Assembly (NCBI GenBank): GCA_041749475.1
Contig: JBGTBD010000034.1
Coordinates: 11,214-75,213, forward strand
Source: Rickettsiales bacterium
GTDB lineage: Bacteria; Pseudomonadota; Alphaproteobacteria; Rickettsiales; UBA998
DNA: 64,000 nucleotides
Direction of reading: 5' to 3'
Of this stretch, positions 62,562 through 64,000 are shown piece by piece. A model generated the notes under the pieces. The model did no database searches and had not been told where the DNA came from. It worked only from the letters and a program-made list of their open reading frames with translations. The position numbers and the translations under genes were made by a program. How positions within the stretch are numbered: the first letter of the stretch is position 1; each line of letters starts with the position of its first letter.

Positions 62562-63295
62562 TGTACCTCCGCCCCCACGCGCGCGATGTCGCGAAAATAC
62601 GCATCGAGCGTCGGGTGCTTGCTTTTCTTCATTAGCGATTCCGCCGTCCCATCCGCGACCATCTTACCGCCTGCGATGATGACAACGCGGCTGCACACTG
62701 CTTCCACTTCTTCGAGAATATGAGTAGAGATGATGATGGCCTTGTCCTTCGCCATCGACTGGATGAGCGCGCGCACTTCATGCTTCTGGAGCGGGTCGAG
62801 CCCGTCCGTCGGCTCATCGAGGATCAATATATCCGGATCATGCAGAATCGCCTGCGCGAATCCCACGCGGCGTTTGAATCCTTTGGAAAGCGTTTCCATC
62901 GACTGGTCCAGTACCCCTTCCAGATGCAATTGCGCGATGACGTCATCCGAGCGCGACCGCAACGTCGCCCCGTCCATCCCGCGCATCTTGCCGATGAATT
63001 TCAGGAACTGCCGCGGCGTCATCTCAGGGTAGAGCGGCACGCCTTCCGGCAGATACCCGATATGCGCTTTCGCGGCGATGGGGTCGGCGGCGATGTCAAT
63101 ACCGTGGATGGAAACGCTGCCGCCGTTCGGCTCCAGAAAGCCGGTAATCATCCGCATCGTCGTCGATTTCCCCGCTCCGTTAGGCCCAAGGAAACCAAGC
63201 ACTTCGCCTTTAGTAACGGTCAGCGACACATCATCGACGACGATATGGTCGCCGAAGCGCTTCATGAGATGCTGTGTATCGACAAGTATGGTCAC
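62558..63295 (-). CDS. ABC transporter ATP-binding protein (ABC-2 subfamily, GldA-like)
   Basis: Walker A GPNGAGKST, signature LSKGFKRRV, Walker B ILILDEP. Confidence 0.92.
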   Translation of the reverse strand: MTILVDTQHLMKRFGDHIVVDDVSLTVTKGEVLGFLGPNGAGKSTTMRMITGFLEPNGGSVSIHGIDIAADPIAAKAHIGYLPEGVPLYPEMTPRQFLKFIGKMRGMDGATLRSRSDDVIAQLHLEGVLDQSMETLSKGFKRRVGFAQAILHDPDILILDEPTDGLDPLQKHEVRALIQSMAKDKAIIISTHILEEVEAVCSRVVIIAGGKMVADGTAESLMKKSKHPTLDAYFRDIARVGAEVQ

Positions 63296-63412
63296 CCGTA
63301 CTCCTGTCAGAAGAAAACCCCATCGGCGATGGGCGTATGCAGATGTAAAAGTATGGGAGAAATTGTCAAGACATCAAATGCCGCTTGTCAGTCGGTTACT
63401 ACTAAGGAAAAG

Positions 63413-64000
63413 CTACGCGTACACATTGACGGCGTTACCAGTCGGCGTAGCGAACGGGTTTTGCCGCGTCAGCAGATTGACCGCCCCCGCCAGCAACAGA
63501 TACGGGTCGCCCGCACCGAAGGTAGCCATGGGCGCGGCAAGGTTCTGGTTGGCGAATTGCACCTTATCGTCCCCGAACGCCATCGAAAATACGCGATTAT
63601 TCTGCCGTATCGCCTTCACATTCTCGGTGAAGGACAGTTTGGCGTCGTCCAGCGTCATGGACTCCGTCGGTTTGGAGTTCTGAGATTCCTGTAGATTCAC
63701 CAGCGTCGTAATGTCACGCACCAGCGCCGGGTCACCGCCATTTTCCATCAGCGCCGCCACGGCGGAGATGAATCCTTGTTTATCGGTCAACGACAAAGCC
63801 GACTTGGCAATAGCGTCCAGCGCTGTCTCAGTGATGCCATCAATCGCAATGGTCGAAGAATGATACGAGGCGTATTTAAGGGCGATACTGTCATCGGTCT
63901 TCTGCGCATAGACACGATCCCTGCTGATCGACTGTGACGGGTCGAACAGGGTCTGGCCGATTGCGTTGGCTGCATTACTCGCTGCTGCGATTGCTACCAT
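63413..64000 (-). CDS. Hypothetical protein, possibly truncated by the window end
   Basis: The open frame reaches the last base of the window. The ATG at 63998-64000 may be internal. No recognisable motif. Confidence 0.4.
   Translation of the reverse strand: MVAIAAASNAANAIGQTLFDPSQSISRDRVYAQKTDDSIALKYASYHSSTIAIDGITETALDAIAKSALSLTDKQGFISAVAALMENGGDPALVRDITTLVNLQESQNSKPTESMTLDDAKLSFTENVKAIRQNNRVFSMAFGDDKVQFANQNLAAPMATFGAGDPYLLLAGAVNLLTRQNPFATPTGNAVNVYA

Noticed and set aside
62558-63295. ABC ATPase as the exporter for the nearby RTX proteins
   Set aside because: It is a stand-alone NBD of the ABC-2 subfamily, co-operonic with a GldF-like permease, a GldG-like auxiliary protein and DUF4340. 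It is not a fused TMD-NBD HlyB-type exporter, and no MFP or TolC gene is present.

Overview
This is a chromosomal segment of an alphaproteobacterium. The markers are 5-aminolevulinate synthase, GapR/DUF2312, DUF1467, alpha-type AddB, split PntAA/PntAB and a 17-kDa-antigen-type lipoprotein. GC content looks mid to upper 50s % by eye, with several lower-GC patches. There are about 60 genes. Most are housekeeping: htpG, aroC, fabI, ctaA-hemA, addB, pntAA-pntAB-pntB, rpsU, gapR, phaA-phaB plus a phasin, purE-purK, radC, trhO, yacG, tRNA-Phe, putA, and an ABC-2/GldG-like/DUF4340 operon. Accessory genes are interleaved among them. Main observations: (1) Two tandem paralogous T1SS-type RTX proteins carry N-terminal PD40-like beta-propellers and share an identical 23-nt upstream box. 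They sit back-to-back with an orphan 772-aa giant flagellin. (2) A low-GC islet directly 3' of tRNA-Phe holds a relic P4-type integrase fragment and the wreck of a DpnII-type (Dam-like + DpnA-like + endonuclease scrap) R-M cassette. (3) Four families of palindromic MITE/REP-like elements are present, three of them inside operon spacers (pntAA|pntAB, phaA|phaB, purE|purK). (4) c-di-GMP modules include a PAS-GGDEF with a destroyed A-site but an intact I-site. (5) A phasin is fused to a histone-like basic N-terminus. (6) An orphan heme-copper-oxidase-like membrane protein lies head-to-head with ctaA-hemA. (7) A PilM/N-PilO-PilP-like set has no secretin, and there is an orphan pilin elsewhere. (8) Several lower-GC ORFans include two peptidoglycan-binding-domain proteins with no catalytic domain and a RepA-like (AAA_25) ATPase. 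(9) A structured intergenic region may be an ncRNA. I saw no rRNA, no CRISPR array and no recognisable canonical defence system. The strongest candidate for new biology is the RTX/propeller-box-flagellin locus at 51.4-58.8 kb. A predatory or host-associated lifestyle (Micavibrio-like) is only a guess from gene content.
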